Notes: generated by a model from the sequence alone, not told the origin. A stretch of DNA of 64,000 bases from Coleofasciculus chthonoplastes F2-STO-03 (GCA_040222015.1 JAVJWO010000192.1:1-64000); one strand, 5' to 3'. Shown: positions 52,659 to 63,718, counted from the stretch's first letter. Made by a program: numbers and translations.

Positions 52659-53783
52659 CTAACTTAACCACCCTTTTAGGCGGCGAGCAACTTGAGGGCG
52701 GCGCAGCTTCCGCATGGCTTTACTCTGAATCTGACGTACCCGTTCGCGGGAAAGGTTGAACATGCGGCCCACTTCTTCTAAGGTGTAGGCTTCAGGCGTC
52801 GCCAGCCCATAGCGTAGAGAAATGACATCCTTTTCCCTTTCGGTGAGAACATCACTCAAGACATCGGAAATCTCTTGACGCATCATGGATTCGCTCATTT
52901 GCTGTTCGGGCAAGTGCAAATCGTTGTCTTCCAGTAAATCTACGAGTTCTGTATCTTCGCCTTTACCCACCCGATGGTTGAGAGAGAGCGATCGCCGACG
53001 TAATTGTAACAACTGACGCAAGCTAGTGCAGCTAATGTCTAAGGCTTCTGCGAGTTCGGTTTCATCGGGAGTCCGTTGCAGTTTCTGCTTGAGTTCCCGT
53101 TGCACTTTTTTCAGCTTATTCAGCTTTTCGACAATGTGAATCGGTAAGCGAATGGTACGGGCGTCGTTGGCAATGGTACGGGTAATCGCCTGACGAATCC
53201 ACCAATACGCATAGGTGGAGAATTTGTAACCTTTGGCGGGATCGAACTTCTCCGCCGCCCGATTGAGTCCTAATGCGCCTTCTTGAATTAAATCTAGGAA
53301 AGGAACTCCCCGGTTAAGATAACGCTTGGCGATGGAAACGACTAAGCGTAAGTTGGAACGAATCATTTTACGCTTAGATATTTGTCCTCGGTAGAGGCGA
53401 TTTTCAAATTGACGTTCGGTCAGATCTAAAGCTTGAGCCAGTTCAGCGTTCGTTGGTTTGCGTCCCAACTCCTGGTGTAAGCGTTCAGTCATCTCGCCCA
53501 TTTCTACCAGGAATTGAACCTGAGTGGCTAACTCAATCTCTTCTTCTGGCTTCAGCAAGGGGTAACGCGCCATCTCCTTGAAGAAGGCTCCTACTGTATC
53601 ATCAGAGCTAGTTTTATGGTAGCCAGATTGTCGGGTTTTTCCGGCACGAGTCTCTGTTTTGGAAAATTCGACTTCGACCTGATTTTGGTCATTATCTGAG
53701 ATTTGCTCACTCTGAGGGTGAGAAAAATCCGTATCTTCTGTAAACTGACGAGTAGCAGTTGGGTTCAATTGTGCGATAGTCAT
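52659..53783 (-). CDS. sigE: Group 2 RNA polymerase sigma factor (SigE-like)
   Basis: FFKEMARYPLL, NLRLVVSIAK, KFSTYAYWWIRQ, SRERVRQI; subtype assigned from the region 1.2 signature. Confidence 0.8.
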   Translation of the reverse strand: MTIAQLNPTATRQFTEDTDFSHPQSEQISDNDQNQVEVEFSKTETRAGKTRQSGYHKTSSDDTVGAFFKEMARYPLLKPEEEIELATQVQFLVEMGEMTERLHQELGRKPTNAELAQALDLTERQFENRLYRGQISKRKMIRSNLRLVVSIAKRYLNRGVPFLDLIQEGALGLNRAAEKFDPAKGYKFSTYAYWWIRQAITRTIANDARTIRLPIHIVEKLNKLKKVQRELKQKLQRTPDETELAEALDISCTSLRQLLQLRRRSLSLNHRVGKGEDTELVDLLEDNDLHLPEQQMSESMMRQEISDVLSDVLTEREKDVISLRYGLATPEAYTLEEVGRMFNLSRERVRQIQSKAMRKLRRPQVARRLKGWLS

Positions 53784-54305
53784 AGTTAGGTTTGAAGTAG
53801 GAGTGTTATGAAAGCAAGTGATCGGGTTTTTAGGCAATCCGTCAGTTAGACAGATTGAAATAGAGAGATAGAGCAGATGGACTGAATATAAATGGGTACT
53901 GTCAATGAAAATTTTTCAACACTGGCTGTAGCTACGGGCTGTACAGCTCAACAAACATCAGAGATGATTGGAAAGAGAGTTGCCATTCAAGGCGCACCCC
54001 CATCTCTATATCTTCTCTATGTTTAGGATTAGAAAATACTGATTCTAAGGCTACCAGAAGCAATTTGGCTAGTTGTTGCCCTGATTACAAAATATTGAAC
54101 AGCATAGATGTATGGATTATAGCGGCAAAGTCAATGGGCTATATACAGAATCTCATACAGGTGGCTGTTTTCCTCTCTACCGATCGGGTGAAAATAAGCA
54201 ATAAGCAGAGGGAGCTGGGGGAGCAGAGGGAGATTGAATTGATCATATTGTTATATTTTGATACTTTGCCCTAATGTCACTAACCCGCCCGGTCTCAATT
54301 ATGTA

Positions 54306-54361
54306 TTCCCTGTTCCCTGTTCCCTGTTCCCTGTTCCCTGTTCCCTGTTCCCTGTTCCCTG
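54306..54361. repeat. STRR heptamer (TTCCCTG)x8
   Basis: Eight direct copies just upstream of argD. Confidence 0.95.
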
Positions 54362-54385
54362 AAAAATGACCAATCAAATTAGGAG

Positions 54386-55690
54386 ATGATGTTCGTGACC
54401 AAACCAACTCTCGTCGAGAATCCCGGAATTCCTGCTGAATCAACAGAGGGTGTATCGACTGCATACAATCCCAAGGATTTCGATACTAACGTGATGGGAA
54501 CATATAATCGTTTCCCCATCGCCCTAGAACGGGGTAAGGGTTGTCGAGTTTGGGATACAGCCGGACGTGATTATCTCGATTTTGTAGCTGGGATCGCTAC
54601 CTGTACCTTGGGTCACGCTCATCCGGCTCTGATCGAAACGGTGACGCAGCAAATCAAAACCCTGCACCATGTTTCTAATCTGTACTATATTCCTCCCCAA
54701 GGAGAATTAGCACAGTGGATGGTTGAGCATTCCTGTGCCGATCGCGTCTTTTTCTGTAACTCGGGTGCGGAGGCGAATGAAGGGGCGATTAAATTGGCTC
54801 GGAAATACGCCCACACGGTTCTAGAAATTGAGAAACCTGTAATTTTGACCGCGAATGACAGTTTCCATGGACGCACGCTAGCGACGATTACAGCAACGGG
54901 TCAGCCCAAGTATCAAAAGAATTTTGACCCCTTGGTGCCGGGATTCTATTATGTGCCGTATAACGATATCGGTGCCATGGAAGATGCGATCGGAGAATTG
55001 GATGAAGGGGATCAACGAGTAGCAGCGGTGATGTTGGAACCCCTGCAAGGAGAAGGGGGTGTGCGTCCAGGAGAGTTGGAGTATTTCCTGCGCTTGCGGA
55101 AAATCTGTGATGAGACGGGTATCTTGCTGATTTTAGACGAAGTGCAAGTGGGGATGGGTCGCACAGGTAAGTATTGGGGATATGAGAATTTAGGGATTGA
55201 GCCAGATATTTTTACCAGCGCTAAGGGATTAGCAGGCGGTGTTCCAATTGGTGCGATGCTGTGTAAGCAATTCTGTAATGTGTTTCAACCTGGGGATCAT
55301 GCGAGTACCTTTGGCGGAAATCCTTTGGCTTGTGCGACGGCGTTAACTGTGGCTCAGACGTTGGAACGGGACGATATTTTGCACAATGTTCAAAAACGGG
55401 GCGAACAGTTGCGGACTCGTTTAAGAGCGATCGCGATGAACTATCCTCAGCTAATTACTGAGGTGCGCGGTTGGGGACTGATTAATGGGATGGAGTTGAA
55501 CGCGGATGTGGAACTGACGGCGGTGGATGTGGTGAAAGCGGCGATGGAAAAAGGATTGCTGTTAGTACCCGCAGGTGCCAAAGTGGTGCGCTTTGTCCCT
55601 CCTTTGATTGTCTCGGCTGAAGAAGTGGATGCAGCCGCAACAATCGTTGAACAATCTATAGCCAAGCTAGCTGCTTCCGTCAATAAATAA
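54386..55690 (+). CDS. argD: Acetylornithine aminotransferase
   Basis: NSGAEANE, FHGRT, DEVQVGMGRTG, SAKGLAGG, HASTFGGN. Confidence 0.92.
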   Translation: MMFVTKPTLVENPGIPAESTEGVSTAYNPKDFDTNVMGTYNRFPIALERGKGCRVWDTAGRDYLDFVAGIATCTLGHAHPALIETVTQQIKTLHHVSNLYYIPPQGELAQWMVEHSCADRVFFCNSGAEANEGAIKLARKYAHTVLEIEKPVILTANDSFHGRTLATITATGQPKYQKNFDPLVPGFYYVPYNDIGAMEDAIGELDEGDQRVAAVMLEPLQGEGGVRPGELEYFLRLRKICDETGILLILDEVQVGMGRTGKYWGYENLGIEPDIFTSAKGLAGGVPIGAMLCKQFCNVFQPGDHASTFGGNPLACATALTVAQTLERDDILHNVQKRGEQLRTRLRAIAMNYPQLITEVRGWGLINGMELNADVELTAVDVVKAAMEKGLLLVPAGAKVVRFVPPLIVSAEEVDAAATIVEQSIAKLAASVNK

Positions 55691-55886
55691 GGAGATTCGT
55701 CATTTGTCATACTCGCTTCGCGAGAAGCAAGCTACGTCATTTGTCATTTGTAATTTGTGATAATTGAACGGTTAAGTCGGGGCGGGTTTCGTTATATCAA
55801 GGTGAAAACGAAACGTTAGTGGTAAAACCCGTCCCTACACACTCTTCCTTATCTCCCTCATCTCCCCCAGCTTCCCCCGCTAGCCA

Positions 55887-56816
55887 ATGAAAAAAATCTG
55901 GTCATCGATAAAACCCTACATTCGCTGGGTGATTCTGGGCGGAACGCTGTTTTTTATCGCTAAAGCTTTTAAAGATCATTGGCGAGAAGTTGCGGGAATT
56001 CGCATTGATCCCCAGGGATGGACAATGCTGGCGATCGCACTATTGGTGACGTTACTGGCACATATTTGGTCGGGTTGGGTTTGGACGTGGATTTTACAGG
56101 CGTTTAAGCAACCTATTGAACCGCGTTGGGCGCTACAGGTTTATCTGAAAACGAATGTTGCTAAATATTTACCCGGTAATGTGTGGCATTTCTATGGTCG
56201 AATTGCAGCGGTGAGGGGGGTTGGAGGTTCTGTGGGTGCTGCTAGTATCAGTGTATTACTGGAACCTCTGTTAATGGCAGCTGCGGCGTTAGCGATCGCG
56301 TTATTTAGTGGTGGATTGGGTTGGATCAACACGGCATCCGATAGCCGAATATGGGGGTTACAAATTTTGGGCTTAGTTGTGGTGTTGTTGGGCGTTCATC
56401 CCCGAGTTCTCAATCCTATTGTTCAACGCTTAAGCCGTTCCAAGAAGGTTACAGATACGGAAGAGTTCACTATTGAACGCTATCCCTTATTGCCATTGTT
56501 GGGTGAAATGGGCTTTTTGGGATTTCGGGGAACCGGATTTTTATTTACCTTACTGGCGGTAGGATCAATTACTCCGAGTCAGATTCCGTCGTTACTGAGT
56601 GCCTTTAGTTTCGCCTGGTTACTGGGATTAGTTGTACCTGGCGCACCGGGAGGGTTAGGGGTATTTGAAGCGACTGCGATCGCGCTTTTGGATCAGCAGT
56701 TGCCTGCGGCTTTCATCCTTACAGGGGTTGCCTTATTTCGCCTGGTTAGTATTCTGGCAGAAATCAGCGCCGCTGGACTAGCTATTATCAGCGAACGTTT
56801 GTGGACAAATCCATAG
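55887..56816 (+). CDS. UPF0104 / lysylphosphatidylglycerol synthase TM (flippase-like) protein
   Basis: KYLPG, PGAPGGLGVFE; multi-TM. Confidence 0.8.
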   Translation: MKKIWSSIKPYIRWVILGGTLFFIAKAFKDHWREVAGIRIDPQGWTMLAIALLVTLLAHIWSGWVWTWILQAFKQPIEPRWALQVYLKTNVAKYLPGNVWHFYGRIAAVRGVGGSVGAASISVLLEPLLMAAAALAIALFSGGLGWINTASDSRIWGLQILGLVVVLLGVHPRVLNPIVQRLSRSKKVTDTEEFTIERYPLLPLLGEMGFLGFRGTGFLFTLLAVGSITPSQIPSLLSAFSFAWLLGLVVPGAPGGLGVFEATAIALLDQQLPAAFILTGVALFRLVSILAEISAAGLAIISERLWTNP

Positions 56817-56915
56817 AATGTCGATGGGTTAGCAATCAATTGTAGGGGCGGGTTTTACCAATAACCTTTGGCTTTCAACCGATAACTTGACTAAACCCGC
56901 CCTCCTAGTGTCTCA

Positions 56916-57917
56916 CTAATTCCTACCCACCACCTCCCGCACTCGATAAATTGGTCTCCCTTGGGACTCGTGATAGGTTCGCATTAACACTTCTGCTAAC
57001 AGACCAAAGCTAAATAACTGGACGCCTGCTAATAACAGAACAACAGCTAAAATCAGCAAAGGTCGGTCACCAATCTGCTGTCCAAAACCGAGTTTAAGTA
57101 GGGTTAAATACAGTCCTAATAACAATCCGACACCGAAGGAAAGCAAGCCAAATAGACCAAAGACATGCATGGGGCGAGTGAGGAATTTTTTCATAAAAAA
57201 TACGGTCAATAAATCCATCACCACACGAAAGGTTCGCCCCAATCCATACTTACTTGTACCATAACGACGGGCATGATGTCGCACGGGAATTTCACTAATT
57301 CTGGCTCCCTCAATGTAAGCTAATGCTGGCAGAAATCGATGTAACTCGCCATAGAGATTCATATCCGCCACCAGTTCAGAACGGTAGGCTTTAAGGGAAC
57401 ACCCATAGTCATGTAATTTGACGCCAGTCACTTTCCCAATTAACCAATTGGCAATTTTAGAGGGGAGGAGTCGAGTTAAAGCCGCATCTTGTCGTTCTTT
57501 GCGCCAACCACTGACTAAATCATACCCTTCTTCTATTTTGGCGAGTAAGGCGGGAATATCAGCCGGATCATTTTGTAAATCACCATCTATCATCACAATA
57601 ACGCGAGCTTGAGCATGTTTAAATCCGGCTGACATGGCGGCGGTTTGACCGTAATTTCGGCGGAGAATCACCGCTCTTAAGTCTGAGCGGCTGCGTGCTA
57701 ATTCGAGGAGGAGTTCGGTGGAACCATCCTGAGAACCATCATCGACACAGACAATTTCGTAGGCAAACTGATTGGCACTTAAACTGGTTGCTACAGAGTC
57801 AACCAGGTGGGGTATACTAGCGACTTCATTGTAAATAGGGACAACGACCGATAACGCTAGTGAATTTGATGGGGTGATCGGTTCTTGATAGTCCTTAAAG
57901 GATAATGAATCTGTCAT
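56916..57917 (-). CDS. Polyprenol-phosphate glycosyltransferase (GT2, GtrB/ArnC-like)
   Basis: VDDGS, RNYGQ, DGDLQND, two C-terminal TM helices. Confidence 0.9.
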   Translation of the reverse strand: MTDSLSFKDYQEPITPSNSLALSVVVPIYNEVASIPHLVDSVATSLSANQFAYEIVCVDDGSQDGSTELLLELARSRSDLRAVILRRNYGQTAAMSAGFKHAQARVIVMIDGDLQNDPADIPALLAKIEEGYDLVSGWRKERQDAALTRLLPSKIANWLIGKVTGVKLHDYGCSLKAYRSELVADMNLYGELHRFLPALAYIEGARISEIPVRHHARRYGTSKYGLGRTFRVVMDLLTVFFMKKFLTRPMHVFGLFGLLSFGVGLLLGLYLTLLKLGFGQQIGDRPLLILAVVLLLAGVQLFSFGLLAEVLMRTYHESQGRPIYRVREVVGRN

Positions 57918-57928
57918 ATTTTAATTCC

Positions 57929-59248
57929 TTATTGTCTTGACTCCATCGATTTATACAAGTTTGCACTTATCTTAGAGATAAAGGGCAAAGAAAGTACCGG
58001 GTACAACAGCCATAAGGGAGGCAAATAGCGCAGGCTTTCGCGGAACGCTAAAAAGCCTTTGCGTTTTGAGCCGCTAGGGAGGACAAGATAAAGCAGTTTT
58101 TTATAGTCATCCGGGACAATTTCCGCCATGTTATCACTCTGGGTTGATTGTTGGGTCTGCAAATCCCTGAATGTTAGCCGATTAAACCAATTAAAGTAGG
58201 ATAAAACGGTAATGATAGTGAGACAATGATTATCTGATTTGTTATAAATAATTTCAGGGTTGTGAGTTAAACCATCAAGGCGACGACGTTCAGACACATT
58301 TCCGACTAATTCTGCCCAAGGAATAAAGACTGAATAGCAGGGAATATACTTTAGAAATGGAGCATTTTGAGCAATATATATTCCTGTATGGAAGCAAATC
58401 CCTAGAGGAATATAAAACCAGATTAAACGGGGAAAAACTAGCACAAAGAAAAATGTTGCCTCAAACAGGATTGCCACCCAAGACGATAGCATAGCTAATG
58501 TATGTTGTCTGGCTAACCAAATCCCTAAGGGTCTATCCCAAACCAGCCCATCCTGCCACAAATAATATTGTAATGTATAGCCATTCATCCAATCGAGTCC
58601 TCCTTTAAGCAGCTTACTCATAGCTGAGTCTAGGTAGATAATTGCAAACATCCACTGGATGAGCAATAAGGGCCATCTAGCCAAGTGACTTTTTTCTTGC
58701 TGAATATCAAAAGTATCTACGCTTTTTCTCTGGCAATTTTGTCGAATACGACGCCGCAGATCGTCTAGGGATAAAACTTGACCAGCAGGACTCAAAGCCA
58801 AGATGACAAGCGATATCATGACTAAGGCTTGAGAATGACTATACAAGGCACTGAAGGAGTATATATAAGCTTGAATCAATATATTCCCAATCGCAAATAT
58901 AATTAAATTCAGATTTGTTGACAGTCCAATTAAGCCGAATGTTCCTGTTATTATAGTTAACGCTAAAATTACTAATAGCAACACAACCGGAGGAGGATGA
59001 TTTAGCCCAAATGGTAAGAGTATAATCTTTAAAATGGGTAGCGGATTGTAAAGAAAATCCGGTAATTGAGAATTATTCACTAACTGACTCACTATAGTAC
59101 CATCTCGACCTGGAACTAATAAATAGAAGAGTTGAGAGCCAACAATAATAATTCGACTAATGGCTAGATTAAACAAGGGGGTGAGTTTGAACCAATAGGT
59201 TGTCCACCATTCCCAAGGTACAGTTAGTTTATTAAACATCGGTATCAT
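57929..59248 (-). CDS. HTTM-like membrane protein with degenerate C-terminal DCC (DUF393)-like domain
   Basis: LSLD, YLDSAMSKL..GLDW, ILFE, FHTGI; C-terminal IIYNKSDNHC..GFLAFR..LPPLW. Confidence 0.65.
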   Translation of the reverse strand: MIPMFNKLTVPWEWWTTYWFKLTPLFNLAISRIIIVGSQLFYLLVPGRDGTIVSQLVNNSQLPDFLYNPLPILKIILLPFGLNHPPPVVLLLVILALTIITGTFGLIGLSTNLNLIIFAIGNILIQAYIYSFSALYSHSQALVMISLVILALSPAGQVLSLDDLRRRIRQNCQRKSVDTFDIQQEKSHLARWPLLLIQWMFAIIYLDSAMSKLLKGGLDWMNGYTLQYYLWQDGLVWDRPLGIWLARQHTLAMLSSWVAILFEATFFFVLVFPRLIWFYIPLGICFHTGIYIAQNAPFLKYIPCYSVFIPWAELVGNVSERRRLDGLTHNPEIIYNKSDNHCLTIITVLSYFNWFNRLTFRDLQTQQSTQSDNMAEIVPDDYKKLLYLVLPSGSKRKGFLAFRESLRYLPPLWLLYPVLSLPFISKISANLYKSMESRQ

Positions 59249-59772
59249 TTTTTTCTCAATTCGGCAATTGGGTACTGTTTAACCAGTTGGGCTTCCGCTT
59301 CAATTACCTCGTCTTTGAGTAAGACGAGGGGATAGTTATACAATCGTAAATTGATTATTTTAGTGTGGTAACGACTTTCGTATAACTGGACAAAATTCAT
59401 AATCATTTCTTTTTTTTCTAACCGTAGTGATTCTTTGAGTCCATACATAAAAACCCAGTAATTTATGCCTAAATCTTCTGGCTGAATCAGCACTTCAGTT
59501 GAATCATCTAGAGTGGCATAAATTGAATATTGCTTGATTGTATCTCCTTCATATTTGGCATAGTTGTACATCGGATAACTGACGAAGGGCCAGAGGCTAG
59601 GATCTGGAGGGGGTTTGAGCAGTTTATAAGGATATTGCAGTCGTCTAAACTTGGGCCAAAACCCTCTCAGATGTTTAGCGGTATAGAACTGTAGTCCGAT
59701 GAAAAATAGGATAACGATAGATAGAAGGTGGACAGTGAATTTATATGAATGTGTATGACTTAGTTTTGACAT
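59245..59772 (-). CDS. Hypothetical single-TM protein (WPFxxYPMY motif)
   Basis: One TM helix, LWPFVSYPMY; ATGA overlap with the downstream gene. Confidence 0.65.
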   Translation of the reverse strand: MSKLSHTHSYKFTVHLLSIVILFFIGLQFYTAKHLRGFWPKFRRLQYPYKLLKPPPDPSLWPFVSYPMYNYAKYEGDTIKQYSIYATLDDSTEVLIQPEDLGINYWVFMYGLKESLRLEKKEMIMNFVQLYESRYHTKIINLRLYNYPLVLLKDEVIEAEAQLVKQYPIAELRKK

Positions 59773-59807
59773 GGTAAACCAATTTTTATAATCGTTTGAT
59801 TTAAATG

Positions 59808-61469
59808 CTACTTGACGAGTTTCCACAGTCGTGGGTTTTCTCGACGACGGGGATCAACAAAAACAGGCTCAAGTGTATAATTTTGATTTTGCTCTAACCA
59901 AGATTTTAATTCATCATGAGGTCGGTAAACAAACACATCTTGAAACTGTGCTGGAATTTCCGGCAGAACATTTGGTTGAACGACAAACAAAATTCCTACA
60001 TTTGGCTCAAACTGACGAGTAAGGGGTAAAACTCTCCCCACAGCCCCCCCTTTACCCCAAAGCACATTTGATGGAACGGAATACAATATGAGGGGTTGTT
60101 CAGCTTGGTTAACGATAGTCGCAATAGGGTGAACATGATAATTACCGCCTTTACTCCACCATCCATGGGCTTGAGTAATAATTAGATTAGATAAAATGCC
60201 GAGGGAAATCAAAGTAACAAAAATTACTTGCCATATTTTCTGTTGCCTAACTGACCGGAAATTGGTGGACATTTTGCTTGCAAAAAGGTAAGCAACAGAC
60301 AACTGAAAGCCTAATAAACAAGGGATAACATAACGAGTCACTGTTGACCGTTGACCGCCTTTAATAAGGTCGGGGATGATTAAGGCTGCAGCCATAACTC
60401 CAATCAAGCTGATAATAAAAAACCATACCCGTGCTGGAGTGTTTTTGCAAATAAAATAAATCGAATATCCCCCTAAAACAATCAGCGGCAAAATTAACCA
60501 ATAGATAAGGGATTTATTGTCACTCAATAAATAGCTGCAATCTGGACTGTTTAAAGGTAAACACCATCCTCTATCTAAGTCCACAAAAACACGGCTAACA
60601 CTTAATCCCCAGGATTTAACTAAAGTTAATAGAGGCAATTTTTGGAAAACCCAACCCATTTGCTCTTCTAAGGGAGGTGGCGCCGTTATCGTATTGATTA
60701 TCCAGGGAGAGAAGGCAATAACCCCAGCTAAAGAGGCTAAACTATAAGCAATAACTGTTTTATTAAAGCGAAATCTCTGAGTGACAGCGACATAAAGTCC
60801 ATGAGACGCTGCGACAACAGTAAAAAACCAATGGGTGTAAAATCCTAATGTTAGAGTAATGGCGTAGATACTCCAACTTGTCTTTTTATTCAGGCGCATG
60901 GCTCTTAATAAAGCAGCACTGGATATTAAAATAGCCACTGTCAATAAACTATAAGGACGAACTTCCTGAGCATACAAAATATGGAAAGGTGAAATCGCCA
61001 TCAGCGCCACGGCTACCCAGGCAACAAAGGGTGATTCAAACAGTTCTCGACAGAGCCAATAAATGCCAGGTAAAGCAAATAAGCTAATCAGAACTGAAAA
61101 GCTTCTTAGTGCTGCCACTGAACTGCCAAACCCAAGTGCCCAAACTCTGAGTGCGAGATAGTAAAGTGGAGCATGCTCAGTGTTTCCCGCTAAAACCCGA
61201 ATCGTATCTCCCCAAGTTTTGGTCGGACTCGGACGCTGATACTTGAGCAAATCATCAGAATTAACGACTTCACCGGAAAAGATATCTTGAATAAATTCAG
61301 GTTCCGTATAGCCGAAAATTCGTAAAGATGAGTGGGTTTCATCAAGCCAGTAAACTTTCTGTTCGAGATGAACAAAGCGAAAAAACAGTCCTAAAACCAG
61401 TATCGTGATAATTAATACGTTAAACCATTTTTTCTTCAATTTAAATGTATTATTAATGTAATTTTTCAT
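59808..61469 (-). CDS. GT-C glycosyltransferase (GT39/PMT_2-like)
   Basis: YWLDE, HAPLYY, LRSFS, QEVRPYSL; multi-TM. Confidence 0.88.
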   Translation of the reverse strand: MKNYINNTFKLKKKWFNVLIITILVLGLFFRFVHLEQKVYWLDETHSSLRIFGYTEPEFIQDIFSGEVVNSDDLLKYQRPSPTKTWGDTIRVLAGNTEHAPLYYLALRVWALGFGSSVAALRSFSVLISLFALPGIYWLCRELFESPFVAWVAVALMAISPFHILYAQEVRPYSLLTVAILISSAALLRAMRLNKKTSWSIYAITLTLGFYTHWFFTVVAASHGLYVAVTQRFRFNKTVIAYSLASLAGVIAFSPWIINTITAPPPLEEQMGWVFQKLPLLTLVKSWGLSVSRVFVDLDRGWCLPLNSPDCSYLLSDNKSLIYWLILPLIVLGGYSIYFICKNTPARVWFFIISLIGVMAAALIIPDLIKGGQRSTVTRYVIPCLLGFQLSVAYLFASKMSTNFRSVRQQKIWQVIFVTLISLGILSNLIITQAHGWWSKGGNYHVHPIATIVNQAEQPLILYSVPSNVLWGKGGAVGRVLPLTRQFEPNVGILFVVQPNVLPEIPAQFQDVFVYRPHDELKSWLEQNQNYTLEPVFVDPRRRENPRLWKLVK

Positions 61470-61560
61470 AAAAATAGAGCGCGAATGGCTTCTAAGTTTA
61501 GAGCATGAGATGGTGTAATAAAAACTTTGAGATCTATTCCTCTCTCTTTACAGATTTTAC

Positions 61561-63432
61561 CTACTCTTCTCCCGAACAAGATTGCTGCCACTGATTTTTC
61601 TTCTCTAAATCCTGAGTTTCTCCGGGTGGAACAGTGCGTTCCTCGACAAAATAAATGTCTAAACTTTCTATCCGTTGGTTTCCCTGATGCTGTTCATTCC
61701 AAGTGCGACATAAATATTCAGCATAATAGGGATACAGCTTATTCCCGATCGCGCGATTCAGATTGATGAAGTAGGTTCGCCACTGCATATTGGGATACAG
61801 GGCATTGCGCTGCTTAATCGTTGGCTTATCCCAATTGACAGACCCCCCATTCCGCAAAAGGTCAACCTCGCTACCATCCTTCAGCTTCCCGACAATAACG
61901 TGCCAGCCGTCATCTCTGGGTGGGGCTGGGGCGAAAATACTCCAGGATTGATCTAACCGCAATAGGCTACTAATCCAATCCAAGGAATTCAGTGTCCTCG
62001 ATTTCATCACCCGGTCAATTTTGGCAAGAGTATTGGGATCGAGTGTCTGCTTTAGGGATCGCGCATCGGCTAAACTGCGGAAATTCCAAACGGTAACGTA
62101 AGCAAATAACAGCAAGGTGACGATGTTTAAGACTCTGGAAGACTGGACTTCCACCGGACGAAATTTTAACGGGGCGGTGAATTGACCCGCAACTTTACGG
62201 TTAGAAGCAATAGTCTCATAGAATTTTGTCCCTATCGCCATCAAAGGGCGCCAACGGAGAATATAAGCGAGGGGTTTAAATACCGGAGAAAGACTCACCA
62301 CATAGGCGATTGCTTCCCACTTGAAATGCCTGTTCTCCTGCCAGTCTACCACGACCCAAGAGTTTTTCTCCTGCATATCGGCATAAATTGAGGGGTCATC
62401 CTGCGCCGTTTGTAAGGGGGTTTTGGGTAGGATTAAAAAGGTTCGCAGCAGATATACAACCTTTTTACAGAACCCACAATCGGCATCGTAATAAATCCTT
62501 AATCCTGCCCGTTGGGGGGTATACATTCGCTTAGAAAGGGCATCCCATACCTCAGTTGGGATAAACACCAACCAGACAAATATCCCTAATGCTGGAAACA
62601 AGCCGATATGCAGCGTCAAGCCAAACCCGATATGTAACAAGATAAACGTGATAATCGTGGCGCAGCGAAAAAACGTGGTGCGCCAGGGAATAAATAGAAA
62701 TAGGGGTCCAATCCACTCCAACACTAATGTGGCAAAGGTGGAAAAAACTAACAGGGGCGGGAAGTTCAGCAGGAATTGACCCAGTGGTGCAGCGTACTGG
62801 TCGAAACTTAAGGCATAATAGACGGCTGTGAGTTTGGGAAACCAGATATCGCTGGTTGTTTTAAACGCAGCGGAAAAGGCATAAACGTAATAAATTTGTA
62901 AGGTTAGCGCGAATGTAGCCCCGGTGAGAATCCGCTTGGGTAACGGCTTACTGGATGAATTTAAGGCACTATCCACCGAGTAACACGCCCCTAGGGGTAA
63001 AAACATCATCCAGAACAATAGCGCCCGCAGCATATCATCTGCCGCAAATAATACGGTAGGATTCCGGTTGTGTAGGGAAATCAACAACACCCAAGACGCG
63101 ATCGCAGCCAACCGAGTCCTGTATCCTACAAGTAGGGTGACGGCAATTAACCCCGCCAACAAAAACACAACGCCTTGGATAAAGGGTTGACCCCCCAGTA
63201 GATGTACAGACCAATACCAGGGATTTAGAATCTCATTAATCAACGCTGTACGCGGTAATACCCCAGCATCGCTGTACAGTGTGGTAATATCCTTGGCACG
63301 GATGAGCAAATCGGCAATCAGGATAATCGCGACACCGATACGAAAAACAGCTAGCGATCGCAAATCAAACCCAAACAAGGGTTCAAGTTTACTCACCCAC
63401 TTACTTTTCGGTTTCTGCACACTGGACGCCAT
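61561..63432 (-). CDS. HTTM domain protein with inserted DCC thiol-disulfide domain
   Basis: DLRSLAVFRI, RNP, YSVD, LHIG; YYDADCGFC; DQSWSIFAP; YLCRTWN. Confidence 0.82.
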   Translation of the reverse strand: MASSVQKPKSKWVSKLEPLFGFDLRSLAVFRIGVAIILIADLLIRAKDITTLYSDAGVLPRTALINEILNPWYWSVHLLGGQPFIQGVVFLLAGLIAVTLLVGYRTRLAAIASWVLLISLHNRNPTVLFAADDMLRALLFWMMFLPLGACYSVDSALNSSSKPLPKRILTGATFALTLQIYYVYAFSAAFKTTSDIWFPKLTAVYYALSFDQYAAPLGQFLLNFPPLLVFSTFATLVLEWIGPLFLFIPWRTTFFRCATIITFILLHIGFGLTLHIGLFPALGIFVWLVFIPTEVWDALSKRMYTPQRAGLRIYYDADCGFCKKVVYLLRTFLILPKTPLQTAQDDPSIYADMQEKNSWVVVDWQENRHFKWEAIAYVVSLSPVFKPLAYILRWRPLMAIGTKFYETIASNRKVAGQFTAPLKFRPVEVQSSRVLNIVTLLLFAYVTVWNFRSLADARSLKQTLDPNTLAKIDRVMKSRTLNSLDWISSLLRLDQSWSIFAPAPPRDDGWHVIVGKLKDGSEVDLLRNGGSVNWDKPTIKQRNALYPNMQWRTYFINLNRAIGNKLYPYYAEYLCRTWNEQHQGNQRIESLDIYFVEERTVPPGETQDLEKKNQWQQSCSGEE

Positions 63433-63718
63433 AAACAGTAGACCTCACGGGATTTTAGTAATTGCCTCAAAAAACGATAATTTCCATACTTTGTCGGTGA
63501 CTAGAAATAGACCCAACTCCCGACCGGTTCAATACATAGTTCTCAAACCCTTACATAAGAAACTTGCTTCTCGCTCCCTTAAGTAGAATGGCACGCTCAA
63601 TAAGCAAAGTGATATCACCAAAACCTTTGATATACCGTAGGGTGGGCATTGCCCACCAGCCTCATCTGAGCGTGACATTCCCCAAAAGGTATGAAGAATG
63701 CCCAATGACCAATAACAA

